From: Candidatus Peregrinibacteria bacterium
Lineage (GTDB): Bacteria; Patescibacteriota; Gracilibacteria; UBA1369
Direction of reading: 5' to 3'
Length of the DNA stretch: 64,000 bases
NCBI GenBank assembly: GCA_963708185.1
Contig: OY970195.1
Location: forward strand, 128,001 to 192,000
Position numbers and translations under genes: made by a program. The notes beneath the pieces are model-generated. The model ran no database searches, was not told where the DNA came from, and saw nothing but the letters and a program-made list of their open reading frames with translations. Shown piece by piece: positions 7,701-17,630 of this stretch. Position 1 is the stretch's first letter; each line of letters starts with the position of its first letter.

Positions 7701-9965
7701 TTACGCCGCATCCTGGAGTTTGACGCGCAGATCGTCGTTCGCGGCTTCGGTGTTGAGTTTTTCGATGTCTTTCTGGTTCAGTTTTTCCCCGCGTTCCTTG
7801 AGCGACCGGGCTGCGCGAGCCGCCAGCTCTTTTTGGAGTTTGTCCTGCTGCTGGTCGACCTTTTCGCGGGCCTTTTTGGCGTTGACGAGTTCGCCGCTGT
7901 CGCGGTTGTTAAGCTGGAGGTGGTGGAGGTTGCGGCCTTTCTCCCCCCGGTTTTTGGTGACCTCTTTCTGGAGTTCGTAGACGTTGAGTTTGCCAACCTG
8001 TTTGACGTCGACTTTATTGATTGTTTGGGCTTTGCCCTCTTTGGTCAGTACCATGTTGCCCCCGGTATGGCCGATGAGTTTTTCGTTGAGTTCACGTTCG
8101 AATTCGGTGCCGAGATGTTTCTCTTTCTTGCGGCTGTCAACGGTGTTGGCGTTGTACAGTTCGCTTTTGGCGGCCAGTCCTGTGATTTCATCGGCGATGG
8201 TCTGATGCTTGATTTTAGCCTTCATCACTTCGCCCTGTTTGGCCTTTTCCAGAGCTTGGGATGTTTCAGTATCGCTGAGGTTTCTTTCGGGCTGTTCTTC
8301 GGGAATGGTGGTGTCGGGGAAAGTCGTTTTGAATTTTGCGACAAGGCGCTGATGGTTGCTTTTGGCGATGTCGTCGTCGGGTTCGAGTTTGAGCAGTTTT
8401 TCGTAGGCGTGGATGGCTTCCGCCCATTTCCGTTTTTTGAGATCCGCGTTGACGGCGTTGTTGCCTTCGCGTTCACTCTGCATGGCTTCGTTGCTGAGTC
8501 CGGCGATCATCTTCCCCTTCTCGGTGGATTCCGGGGATTCTTCCGCCATCTCGCTCTCTTCGATGCCGAGCAGCTTGCCGATGAGTTTGACGCGGTCGTG
8601 ATAGCCCATTTCGTAGAATGCGGCGTTTTTCTCCTGAACGTCCTTGGGCACGTCCGTACGGAATTTTTCGGTGACTTCTTTACGTTTGGCGAGTTCATGG
8701 GTTTCGAATTTTTCCATCCAGTCATGCTTTTCGGCTACGGTGATGTCTTTGAACTCTTTCATGAAATCGTTCGCGGTGGCCTGGCTCATGTATTTTTTTG
8801 CAACGGCGTCCTTGAGCCTTGCTCCGTATTCCACGGCCATTTTTTCGCCGCTTTCATGCAGTTTTTGCGCTTCTTCGACGGCCTTGGTTTTTTCCTCGAA
8901 GTCGAGCTGATAAAAGTTGTTGAACCCGAGTTTCTTTTGGACGTCGAGTTTCACCCCGTCGGACATGGCTTCGTATTTCTTGCTGATCTCGGCGGTCTTT
9001 TTCAGGTGGCCGGGGAGGCTCTTGAGCATGATGATGCGCGTTTCGGTCGGACTCTGTCTCCACCACTTCATGGCTTCGGCACGGTCTTTTTCCGAAAAGT
9101 ATTTGGCGTTGGGATCGTTGTTGAGGACGTCCAGATGAGATTCCTCCAGGGCCTTCTCCATTTTCTGGAGGATGATGTGGCGTTGATTCCTGCGCGCTTC
9201 GAAGAAGCTCGGGAATTTATCCTGGATTTCCCGAGGATACGCTTTGAATTTCTCGGTGACTTCGGCTTTGCGTTTGATCTCACCAGAAAATTCGCCGATC
9301 CAGCGCTGTTGTTCCGCTACCGTCTTGAGTTCCTTGAACTGGGTCATATACTCTTCTTCAGACTCTTTGCTGAAGTGCTCGCGGTTGGCTTCGATAAGCC
9401 CGCGGTAGGTTTTTATGTTTTCACTTCTCTTCTTGAGTTCCTCGACGTAAGCTTTTTTCTCCTTGCCGGTCATGCGGCGGAAATCGGAAACTTTCTCGGG
9501 GGAGTGTTGGAGAACTTCTTTATAAAGCGTTTCAAGCCAGTCAAGGTTCCCGCGGAGGTTTTTTACGTAGGTTTTCTTTTCTTCCGTGGAAAGTGCCTTA
9601 AAACGTTTGAGATGATCTTCCACGATCAGTTTGTTGTCGATGTTGCGTTCCGAAGTCAGGCCCTGGACGAAATTGTCGATGAGATTCTTATTTTCGTCGA
9701 TGACGGATTTGACCTTGTTGGCGACCTGGATGATGCTTTGTTTGTCCGTGCTGTTGCGGTCCAGTTCGCGTTGGAGCTCATTGGCGTCTTTTTCGTTGAG
9801 GATCCCATCCATGCGGGCTTTTGACATTTCCTCTCCGATGTCGCGACGGATGTCATTGATGTCTTCGATGGTTGTGGCGTCGATGCCGCTATCGTTGACG
9901 GCAAGTGACTCGATCTGCTCTTCGGTGATGTCGTCGTGGTTTTCAAGTCGTACTGATCTTCCCAT
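7701..9965 (-). CDS. Large charged helical repeat protein with one TPR-like motif
   Basis: 754-aa E/K-rich ORF with degenerate internal repeats and WAEAIHAYEKLLKLEPDD; follows nrdJ after a 12-nt gap. Confidence 0.75.
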   Translation of the reverse strand: MGRSVRLENHDDITEEQIESLAVNDSGIDATTIEDINDIRRDIGEEMSKARMDGILNEKDANELQRELDRNSTDKQSIIQVANKVKSVIDENKNLIDNFVQGLTSERNIDNKLIVEDHLKRFKALSTEEKKTYVKNLRGNLDWLETLYKEVLQHSPEKVSDFRRMTGKEKKAYVEELKKRSENIKTYRGLIEANREHFSKESEEEYMTQFKELKTVAEQQRWIGEFSGEIKRKAEVTEKFKAYPREIQDKFPSFFEARRNQRHIILQKMEKALEESHLDVLNNDPNAKYFSEKDRAEAMKWWRQSPTETRIIMLKSLPGHLKKTAEISKKYEAMSDGVKLDVQKKLGFNNFYQLDFEEKTKAVEEAQKLHESGEKMAVEYGARLKDAVAKKYMSQATANDFMKEFKDITVAEKHDWMEKFETHELAKRKEVTEKFRTDVPKDVQEKNAAFYEMGYHDRVKLIGKLLGIEESEMAEESPESTEKGKMIAGLSNEAMQSEREGNNAVNADLKKRKWAEAIHAYEKLLKLEPDDDIAKSNHQRLVAKFKTTFPDTTIPEEQPERNLSDTETSQALEKAKQGEVMKAKIKHQTIADEITGLAAKSELYNANTVDSRKKEKHLGTEFERELNEKLIGHTGGNMVLTKEGKAQTINKVDVKQVGKLNVYELQKEVTKNRGEKGRNLHHLQLNNRDSGELVNAKKAREKVDQQQDKLQKELAARAARSLKERGEKLNQKDIEKLNTEAANDDLRVKLQDAA

Positions 9966-9977
9966 AATGATTGGATG

Positions 9978-12158
9978 TTATTGAATTGAATTGGCTGCCG
10001 AGGATTGGATCGGCGGCAGGCTGACTTCCCGGGCTTTGGAGACCGGGACGGTTTTGGCTTTGGACAGGCCTTTCTCGTCGAAAGGGAGTGAGGCCTGTTC
10101 GTTGTCCGGTTGTTCTTTCTGGAGAGCGACTTCGTGTTTGAGAACCTGGATGTCGCGACTTTTGTTGCGGTAGATGGTGATGCCTTTGCATCCCAGTTCG
10201 TAGGCAAGGAGGTAGGCTTTCTTGACGTCTTCGATCGTCGCGTCGTTGGGGAAATTGATGGTTTTGGAAATGGCGTTGTCGGTGAATTTCTGGAATGCCG
10301 CCTGTATTTTGACGTGCCATTCCGGGGCAATGTCTTCACTGGTGACGTAGATCTTTTTCATGTCCGCGGGGACTTCCCGGACGGACTGGACCGATCCGTT
10401 GTTGAGGGCGATCTTGCGCATGAGGTCCTTGTTGTAGAGTTTGCGCTGCATGAGCTCTTTTTCAAAATAGCGGTTGGTGTAGATGAGCTCGCTTTTGTCG
10501 AGGACCTCTTTGGTGTAGACGATGGCATAAAGCGGTTCGATGCCGAAGGAACATTCCGCGATCATGGCGATGGTTCCCGTTGGCGCGATGGTCGTGACGG
10601 TGGCGTTGCGCATGGCCTTGAAGCCTTTGCCGGGATAGACGCTCTTTGGAAAGTTCGGGAACGAGCCACGTTGTTCCCCGAGCGTTACCGATGCTTTCTT
10701 GGCGTGGGTTTCGATGAACTCCATGAGTTTCCCGGCGAGTTTGATGCCTTCATCGGAATCGTAAGGGATTGTAAGCTGGACGAGGAGGTCGGCAAAACCC
10801 ATCATGCCGAGGCCGATCTTGCGGTTGGCCCGGACGATGTCGCTGATTTCCGGGAGCAGATAGTTGCTGACGTCGATGACGTTGTCCAGGAAATGGACGG
10901 CGCTTTCCACGGTTTGGGCCAGCCGTTCCCAGTCCACGTCGTCGTTTTTGGCGAAACGGGCCACATTGATCGAGCCGAGGTTGCAGGCTTCGAAAGCCAG
11001 CAGCGGTTGTTCGCCGCAGGGGTTGGTGGCTTCGAGTTTACCAACCGCCGGTGTGGGGTTGTCTTTTTCGATCCGGTCAAGGAAGACGAGTCCCGGTTCG
11101 CCGTTCTTCCAGGCGCTTGCGATGATGAGTTCGAATACGCCGCGGGCATTCAGCCGGTTGACGGCCTCGCCGGTATGAGGATCGATGAGATCGTAATCCT
11201 TGTTTTCTTCCACGGCCTTCATGAACTCGTCGGTGACTCCGACGGAAATGTTGAAGTTGGTGATCTTGTTCTCGTTCTCCTTGCAGGTGATGAACTCGAG
11301 GATGTCAGGATGATTGACGTTGAGGATGCCCATGTTGGCGCCGCGGCGTTTTCCGCCCGATTTCATGGTGGAGGTCGAAGTGTCGAATACCCGCATGAAC
11401 GAAACCGGCCCTGAGGCCGTGCCATGCGTGGTTTCAACGTAATCGCCCCTGGGTCTGATCTTGGAAAAGTTGAAGCCTGTGCCGCCTCCGGTCTGGTGGA
11501 TCATGGCGGTTTTTTTGACGGCCTCAAAAATGCTTTCGATGCTGTCTTCGACGTTGATGACGAAGCAGCCCGCAAGCTGCGGCCGTTGGGTTCCGGCATT
11601 CATGAGGGTCGGGCTGTTGGGCAGGAAATCGAGGTTCATGAGCATCTCGTAGAATTTCTGTTCGGTCTGTTCGGCGTTGGAGCCTTTGTAGTTCTTGTCG
11701 GCCTGACCGATGGCGTGGGCGACGCGACGCATCATGCCTTCGGGCGTTTCGATGACGTTATGGTTTTCGTCGCGGAGCAGGTAGCGCTGCTTGAGGACCT
11801 TGATGGCGTTGACGGAAAATTTGCTCGAAGTTTCCATTCCGAGGATATCGGCTTTTTCGTCGCGCATTTCCTGGTGTTTTTCGCGATAGAGGATGTACGC
11901 TTTTGCCGTCTTGGCGTGTCCGCTTTCAATAAGGATTTTTTCAACGAAATCCTGGATCTGTTCTACCGTGGGAATATTGTTTTTATCCTTAAAAAAAACT
12001 TCGAGCACCGTGGCGACCTGGTTTGAAATTTTTTCGGCAAGGGCATGGTCGGTTCCTCCGACGCTCTGGGCCGCTTTCCAGATGGCTTCGGTAATTTTAT
12101 TCTGGTCGAATTTTACGATCGACCCGTCCCTTTTTTGAACATGACGAATTGGTGCCAT
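9978..12158 (-). CDS. nrdJ: Class II adenosylcobalamin-dependent ribonucleotide reductase with ATP-cone
   Basis: VQKRDG ATP-cone, PNSPTLMNAG, QLAGCF, GGGTG, RRGANM, TNPCGEQPL, CNLGS, TIAPTGT, KGITIYR; no beta subunit nearby. Confidence 0.92.
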   Translation of the reverse strand: MAPIRHVQKRDGSIVKFDQNKITEAIWKAAQSVGGTDHALAEKISNQVATVLEVFFKDKNNIPTVEQIQDFVEKILIESGHAKTAKAYILYREKHQEMRDEKADILGMETSSKFSVNAIKVLKQRYLLRDENHNVIETPEGMMRRVAHAIGQADKNYKGSNAEQTEQKFYEMLMNLDFLPNSPTLMNAGTQRPQLAGCFVINVEDSIESIFEAVKKTAMIHQTGGGTGFNFSKIRPRGDYVETTHGTASGPVSFMRVFDTSTSTMKSGGKRRGANMGILNVNHPDILEFITCKENENKITNFNISVGVTDEFMKAVEENKDYDLIDPHTGEAVNRLNARGVFELIIASAWKNGEPGLVFLDRIEKDNPTPAVGKLEATNPCGEQPLLAFEACNLGSINVARFAKNDDVDWERLAQTVESAVHFLDNVIDVSNYLLPEISDIVRANRKIGLGMMGFADLLVQLTIPYDSDEGIKLAGKLMEFIETHAKKASVTLGEQRGSFPNFPKSVYPGKGFKAMRNATVTTIAPTGTIAMIAECSFGIEPLYAIVYTKEVLDKSELIYTNRYFEKELMQRKLYNKDLMRKIALNNGSVQSVREVPADMKKIYVTSEDIAPEWHVKIQAAFQKFTDNAISKTINFPNDATIEDVKKAYLLAYELGCKGITIYRNKSRDIQVLKHEVALQKEQPDNEQASLPFDEKGLSKAKTVPVSKAREVSLPPIQSSAANSIQ

Positions 12159-12255
12159 ATATTGATGATATCGTGCTTTAGAATCGTAGCAAATGGCCCC
12201 CGGCAATGGAAGATGTATCCCCAAAGAGAGGTTGACGCGGAGAAGGTATTTTGTG

Positions 12256-13230
12256 CTAGCTGTTTTCCGCTTTTTTTACCGTCCAGACGGTCTCTTTCCT
12301 GAGTCCGCCTTCAAGGGTGAATCCTGAAGCTTTTTTATGACCGCCTCCGCCGAACATTCCGGCCATTTCGCTGAGGTTGATGTTGTTTTTGCGCGTTCGG
12401 AACGATCCGCGAACGTTGCCGTTGCCGTCTTCCACCAGGAGCGTGGCGAATTCGGCGTCCTTGACGGTGCTGAGGTAATCGATGATACCGCTGGTTTCAG
12501 AGCTGGAAGCGTTGCAGGAACAAAGTTCGCTCTGGGTAATGCCCGAAACCACGACGTTGTTTGGCGTGACTTTCATGCCGTCGAGAATTTTCCCCCAGGT
12601 CCGGAGCTGTTCGAAGCTGCGGTTTTTGTACATGTTTTTGACGATGGTTTCCATGTCGGCCCCAAGGATCATGAGTTCGGCGGCGGTCTGATAGACTTCA
12701 TCCGTGGTGTTGGAGTGCATGAAGCTCCCGGTGTCATAATAGAGTCCGCTCAACAGACAGGTAGCCATGGCGGGGGTCAGGTCGACGTTGAAGGTCTTGA
12801 GGAGGTTATAGATGATGAGTGTGGTCGAAGCCGCGTCGTTAATGATCAGATTGACGCTTCCGTAGCCGTTGTTCGAGGGGTGATGGTCGATGTTGATGAT
12901 CGGTTTTTTACTCTCGTGAATTTCAGGTTGAAGATCGAGAAATCCGGTCTGCGAGGTCGACCCGGCGTCTACGCAGATGATGAGGTCCGTGGCGACGAGG
13001 TCGAAACTGTTCTGGTAGGTTCCGGCTTTGCGCAGAAAGTGAAGTTCTTTGGGAATCGGATCGACGCACGCGGAAATGACCTGCTTGTGCATGCTTTCAA
13101 GCAGTTGTCTCAGAGCCAGGTTGCTGCCGATGGAATCCGCGTCCGGGTTGCGGTGTGAAACGATGACGATGTTTTGCGCTTTCTGGCATTCGTTCCATAT
13201 TTCGGCGGCAATGGACGGGGCGATTTCCAT
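12256..13230 (-). CDS. nrnA: DHH/DHHA1 phosphoesterase (NrnA-like oligoribonuclease/pAp phosphatase)
   Basis: HRNPDADSIGS, NIDHH, YDTGSF, GGGGHKKASG. Confidence 0.88.
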   Translation of the reverse strand: MEIAPSIAAEIWNECQKAQNIVIVSHRNPDADSIGSNLALRQLLESMHKQVISACVDPIPKELHFLRKAGTYQNSFDLVATDLIICVDAGSTSQTGFLDLQPEIHESKKPIINIDHHPSNNGYGSVNLIINDAASTTLIIYNLLKTFNVDLTPAMATCLLSGLYYDTGSFMHSNTTDEVYQTAAELMILGADMETIVKNMYKNRSFEQLRTWGKILDGMKVTPNNVVVSGITQSELCSCNASSSETSGIIDYLSTVKDAEFATLLVEDGNGNVRGSFRTRKNNINLSEMAGMFGGGGHKKASGFTLEGGLRKETVWTVKKAENS

Positions 13231-13301
13231 GAAAGGTCTGTGGTAAGGAGACACAGGAAATTACCTTAACCTTTGGCGTGATGGGGAACAAGTTGAACTG
13301 G

Positions 13302-13333
13302 AAAAATCCTCTTGATCGATCGAAAAGAGGTTT
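13302..13333 (-). terminator. Probable intrinsic terminator after ferredoxin
   Basis: cctctt...aagagg stem followed by a T-run on the minus strand. Confidence 0.45.
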
Positions 13334-13363
13334 CGTCATGATGCTTTCGAACTTCGGACGTCG

Positions 13364-13585
13364 TCAGGCCTCCGGAGGATAAACCTGTTTCCCCGAGTCT
13401 TCGTCAGTCAGGATGATGGCGCGCGTCGGGCAGGCTTCAGCGGCCAGCTTGATCGTTTCGTCGTCAGCGCCATGCGCATCGATGATGATGGCTTTTCCTT
13501 CTTCATCCAGCTGAAATACGGATCCGGCGATAGCGACGCAGGGTGCTGCTCCAATGCAAAGTTCACGATCAACAACGACTTTCAT
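13364..13585 (-). CDS. Single-cluster ferredoxin (3Fe-4S/4Fe-4S)
   Basis: CIGAAPCVAIA ... AAEACPTRAI. Confidence 0.88.
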   Translation of the reverse strand: MKVVVDRELCIGAAPCVAIAGSVFQLDEEGKAIIIDAHGADDETIKLAAEACPTRAIILTDEDSGKQVYPPEA

Positions 13586-13639
13586 ATTTGGGGGTCAAAT
13601 GCCCACAGAAGATAGACAAAAGCCACTTTTTTGTAAAGT

Positions 13640-14146
13640 TTACTTTTTGACTTTATCGTAGGTCCAGTAAACCTCCACCGGTTTATCTTTTTTTGACCAT
13701 TTGATGTCCAGTTTGCCGCCTTTGTAGGCATTTGAAACAGCTTTGCCGATTTTTACGGCGAGCTGGTTGATGGTGGTGTAAACCATGATACCTTTGCTGT
13801 TGTCTTCGATGCGTTCAATGCGGTTCAGAATGTTTTTGTTCTCGGCTTCTTTTCCCATGTTGTTCACGAGGTTCAGGATGTCTTTTTTATGTGCCTTTAC
13901 CCCTAGGCCGCTCAGATGAAGTACTCCGTCGGAAATGTGGCTGATTTTTTCATGGCAGGCGGGGCAGATGCTTATTTTAAGCTGGTCCACCATTTTCGGA
14001 TTCATGTCACGGAAAGGCATCCAGGATTTACTGTCATAAACGGCCTGGCACTGGCGGCAGATCAGTTTTGTCCGGGTGTTCTTTTTACCTTTCAGAAATG
14101 TCGAGGCTCTGCTGTTTGGTTCTGATTTGCTTTTGCGTGATGGCAT
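13640..14146 (-). CDS. Zn-ribbon protein, BCAM0308/NMD3-like
   Basis: CRQC..W and CPAC pairs, RIERIE, LAVKIGKAVSNAYKGG, V.W end. Confidence 0.6.
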   Translation of the reverse strand: MPSRKSKSEPNSRASTFLKGKKNTRTKLICRQCQAVYDSKSWMPFRDMNPKMVDQLKISICPACHEKISHISDGVLHLSGLGVKAHKKDILNLVNNMGKEAENKNILNRIERIEDNSKGIMVYTTINQLAVKIGKAVSNAYKGGKLDIKWSKKDKPVEVYWTYDKVKK

Positions 14147-14203
14147 GGGAGTTGGTGGATATAAAGAATAGAGGGTGAAGGGGAACTCTGTGTTATGCGA
14201 CGT

Positions 14204-14806
14204 TTAGTTCTTGGGGACCATGCTCATGACTTTCTTGTAGAGGTCGTTCGCCGAATCCCAGTTGAGGTTCTTCATGTAGTCCTCAATGTAGGATTTGCGA
14301 TCCGAACCGTAGTCGATGAAGTACGCGTGCTCGTACATGTCCAGAACGATCAGCGGCATCGCACCCCAGATGCCACCGTGGTTGTGGGCGTCGCAAAGGT
14401 AGTTGTGGAGGCGCGCGTCGTTGAAGTCGTAGGCCAGGACCACCCATCCGCGGGCGACCATGCCGGAAGCTTTGAAGTCTTCCAGCCATTTGTCGTAAGA
14501 ACCGAATTCGGCTTCGATGGCCTTTACCAGATCACCGCCCTGTTGGCCTTCACCACCGAGGACGTTGAAATAGTACTCGTGGAGGAAGATGCCGTTGGCG
14601 GCAAAACTTTCTTCACGCTTGAGTTCGCCGTATTCGCTGTAGGTTGCATTGGCGAGGGAACGGTCCGCTTTGGCGAGTTTTTCTTCGATTTCGTTTCGTT
14701 TGTTGACGTAGCCGACATAAAGTTTGTCATGATGGATCATCATGGTTTTTTCGGAAATACCCGTCAGCTGTTTGCGGAAAGGTAATGGTTTTGCTTCGTA
14801 TTTCAT
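14204..14806 (-). CDS. sod: Fe/Mn superoxide dismutase
   Basis: HHDKLYVGYV, LHEYYF, GWVVL, LDMYEHAYFIDY. Confidence 0.92.
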   Translation of the reverse strand: MKYEAKPLPFRKQLTGISEKTMMIHHDKLYVGYVNKRNEIEEKLAKADRSLANATYSEYGELKREESFAANGIFLHEYYFNVLGGEGQQGGDLVKAIEAEFGSYDKWLEDFKASGMVARGWVVLAYDFNDARLHNYLCDAHNHGGIWGAMPLIVLDMYEHAYFIDYGSDRKSYIEDYMKNLNWDSANDLYKKVMSMVPKN

Positions 14807-14932
14807 GAACTTGGAATTAAGAGATAAAATCGCACTTTGGGATGGGACCGCGTCGGATTCGTCTCGTATGCTGTGCTCTTTAAAAGGGTACGAGAAAAGA
14901 GCGGTTTTGGCAAGGGGGGATTCATCGGAATC

Positions 14933-15853
14933 TTACCATTTGCGCCTTGAAGAGATGTTGAGCACTTTCATGATCTGGCGTGGATCGGTGACTTTGACGA
15001 TGACCCCCCGTTGTCCTTCCTCGGGCTGTTCCGCGTCGTTGATCGCCACATTCTTGAGAGCGACTCTTTCCGGTGAAAATCGCAGCAGTCTTTTGATCAG
15101 ATCCTGTTGAGCTTCTCCATAGACGGCGTGAATGCCCCTGCAACCGTACCGACGTACGAGTTCCATGTCTTTGCGGTCGTTGTCGCCGATGATGACGACA
15201 TGTTTGCGGATCTGCTCACGCGTCATCTGGAGGATTTTTTCAAGATTGGTGTGAGGTTTTTCGGTTTCGATTTCCGTGATGTCGAATGATGCGTCGTAGA
15301 CGCCTTTTTGTTTTCTTTTTTCGAAGGTCGCCGGAAGGTTTTCTATTTTTGCCGACGGAAGCGCGTTGACCTTTTTAAGAAACGGTCCGAGGTGGGAGCG
15401 TTTGATGCGCATTTTTGCCTGGAACGAAGGGGCGTCGGTCAGGATGGTGTTCTTCATGTTGTTTTCGACGATGGTTTTGAAAACTTTTTGCACGCCTTTG
15501 TAAACATGGAGATTTTTCCTGCGTACCCGGGCAAACACTTTTTGAACTTTCTTGATGAGTTTATCGTGGTCGTAATCCGGAACGTTTTTGAAAAAGCCAC
15601 GGGCTTCGAGTCCCTGGATGAGCCCCTCGTCTTCGATCGTTCCTTTTAAGGTGTAGAAAGCTTTCATTGCCGCGGCGACTTCCGGCTCCGGTTTTCCGGT
15701 CTCTTCGGCAATGGTCTGCGCCATGGCTTCGTAGGCGACGACGGCGTAGCCTACCCAGTCCCAGATGGTGTTGTCACCGTCCCAGATGACATCGGTGATC
15801 TCTCCAAATCCGTCATGATGGAACTCGTCGTAATTTTGAGGCATTTCTTCCAT
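14933..15853 (-). CDS. HAD-superfamily hydrolase
   Basis: Motif I WDGDNT, motif II ILTD, motif III KP, motif IV IGDNDRKD. Confidence 0.8.
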   Translation of the reverse strand: MEEMPQNYDEFHHDGFGEITDVIWDGDNTIWDWVGYAVVAYEAMAQTIAEETGKPEPEVAAAMKAFYTLKGTIEDEGLIQGLEARGFFKNVPDYDHDKLIKKVQKVFARVRRKNLHVYKGVQKVFKTIVENNMKNTILTDAPSFQAKMRIKRSHLGPFLKKVNALPSAKIENLPATFEKRKQKGVYDASFDITEIETEKPHTNLEKILQMTREQIRKHVVIIGDNDRKDMELVRRYGCRGIHAVYGEAQQDLIKRLLRFSPERVALKNVAINDAEQPEEGQRGVIVKVTDPRQIMKVLNISSRRKW

Positions 15854-15990
15854 TCGTACTTCGAAAAGTCGTTCTTTGGTCTCTCATCCTATGCCGGGGT
15901 GTGGATGATTGCAATCTTTTTTCTTTACTGTAAGGCTTAAAAGTTTTAAAATAAACATATCTTTATCTCTATCCCTAACCCTCTCTTACT

Positions 15991-16176
15991 ATGATGGGAA
16001 ATATGGGCATGCACCGGATGTGCAAAGGCGCAATTTTGCTCGTCTTCGGTGTTCTCTTTTTACTTGGCACGACGGGTGTCTGGCCGGAATTCACGTTCTT
16101 CAAGTACTGGCCGTTGGTCCTCATCGTGTTCGGTCTTCACGACCTTCTCTGCAAATGCAGTGAAAAGTCGAAATAA
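15991..16176 (+). CDS. Small two-TM membrane protein (LiaI/LiaF/DUF5668-like)
   Basis: GAILLVFGVLFLL...YWPLVLIVFGL pattern; followed by a terminator. Confidence 0.7.
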   Translation: MMGNMGMHRMCKGAILLVFGVLFLLGTTGVWPEFTFFKYWPLVLIVFGLHDLLCKCSEKSK

Positions 16177-16200
16177 ATAGGTAAAAATTTTTGAAATATG

Positions 16201-16233
16201 AATCCCCGCCAAAAATCGTTGCGGGGATTTTTT
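16201..16233 (+). terminator. Intrinsic terminator
   Basis: aatccccgc-N11-gcggggatt followed by a T-run. Confidence 0.75.
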
Positions 16234-16295
16234 ATGGTTGTTTTTTATTTTGTCTCTTGACCGGTTTTAAAAAAAAGGGTCATCATGGTAGTCCT

Positions 16296-17603
16296 ATGCA
16301 AAATCTGTTCAATCAAAAAGAGGAAGGGTTGTGGTCACAGCCGTTAGCCCACCTGTTGCGTCCTAAAAATCTTGAAGAGTATTTCGGACAGGAGGAGATC
16401 GTTGGGGACGGTAAGCTGCTGCGCGAACTCATCAGTGAGGATAAGTTGCACTCGATGATTTTTTACGGTCCGCCGGGCACGGGAAAGACGACCCTTGCGA
16501 TGATCGTTGCTCAGGAAACTTCCGCGGAGTTCGAGACGATGAGTGCGGTGACCGGCGGGGTTCCGGAAGTACGCAAAGTTGTTGAACGTGCCAAGGAAAG
16601 AAAAAAAATGGACCAGCGTACGGTTTTGTTCGTGGATGAAATCCACCGGTTTAGCAAATCCCAGCAGGATGCTCTGTTACCCCACGTGGAAGACGGGACG
16701 ATCATTTTGATCGGCGCCACCACGGAAAATCCTTCATTTGAGGTTATTTCGGCTTTACTTTCGCGTTCCCAGGTTTTTGTTTTTCAGTCGCTGGATGAAG
16801 CCGCTCTGGGCAAAATTCTGGACCGGGCCATCCAAAAAGTAGCGGAGTTGGAAAAGAGAAAAAATCTGCAGATCGACGAAGAGGGAAAGAATTTTTTGAT
16901 TCAGTTCGCGAACGGAGATGCTCGCTCATTGCTCAATACGCTTGAGATCGTCGTCAAACTGGTAAAAAAAGACGACATTACTTATGTGGACATCCAGAAG
17001 GTTCTCCAAAGAAAAAATCTTCGTTACGATAAAAAAGGGGAGGAACACTACAATATTATTTCGGCGCTTCACAAGAGTATGCGTGACTCGGATCCCGACG
17101 GTGCGCTCTACTGGATGGTACGAATGCTCGAAGGCGGTGAGGACCCTCTTTATATAGCGCGCAGGCTGATCCGGTTTGCTTCCGAAGACATCGGCATGGC
17201 CGATCCCAATGCTTTACAGCAGGCTGTCGCCGTTCAGCAAGCCTGCCACTTTAACGGTATGCCTGAATGCGGAGTGAACCTGGCCCAGTGCGTGGTCTAT
17301 TTAAGCATGGCTCCAAAGAGCAATAAGCTTTATGCGGCGTACGGAGCGGTCCAGCGTGATATCCTTAAAACCGGCAATCTGGAAGTGCCTTTCCACATCC
17401 GCAACGCTCCCACCAAGCTCATGAAGGAATGGGGTTACGGCAAAAATTATGAATACGCCCACAATTTTGATGAGGGGATTACCGGGCAGGTTCATCTTCC
17501 GGACCAGCTTAAAGGAACCCATTACTATAATCCCACCGACCGCGGGATCGAAGCCCGCATCAAAGAGAAGCTGGAGAAGATCAGGCGTGAGTTCAAGCGT
17601 TAA
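16296..17603 (+). CDS. rarA: Replication-associated recombination protein A (AAA+)
   Basis: GPPGTGKTT, FVDEIHRF, GATTENPSF, ISALHKSMR, ASEDIG, APKSN. Confidence 0.95.
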   Translation: MQNLFNQKEEGLWSQPLAHLLRPKNLEEYFGQEEIVGDGKLLRELISEDKLHSMIFYGPPGTGKTTLAMIVAQETSAEFETMSAVTGGVPEVRKVVERAKERKKMDQRTVLFVDEIHRFSKSQQDALLPHVEDGTIILIGATTENPSFEVISALLSRSQVFVFQSLDEAALGKILDRAIQKVAELEKRKNLQIDEEGKNFLIQFANGDARSLLNTLEIVVKLVKKDDITYVDIQKVLQRKNLRYDKKGEEHYNIISALHKSMRDSDPDGALYWMVRMLEGGEDPLYIARRLIRFASEDIGMADPNALQQAVAVQQACHFNGMPECGVNLAQCVVYLSMAPKSNKLYAAYGAVQRDILKTGNLEVPFHIRNAPTKLMKEWGYGKNYEYAHNFDEGITGQVHLPDQLKGTHYYNPTDRGIEARIKEKLEKIRREFKR

Positions 17604-17630
17604 TGTTTTATCTTCGAGGATCTGTTGCTT

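Noticed and set aside
7683-9824. 713-aa ORF on the + strand
   Set aside because: It is the antisense shadow of the E/K-rich gene 7701-9965; its F/L/V-rich composition follows from the codon bias of the real strand
9978-12158. Intein or intron in nrdJ
   Set aside because: Length and motif spacing are normal and no splice-junction motifs are visible
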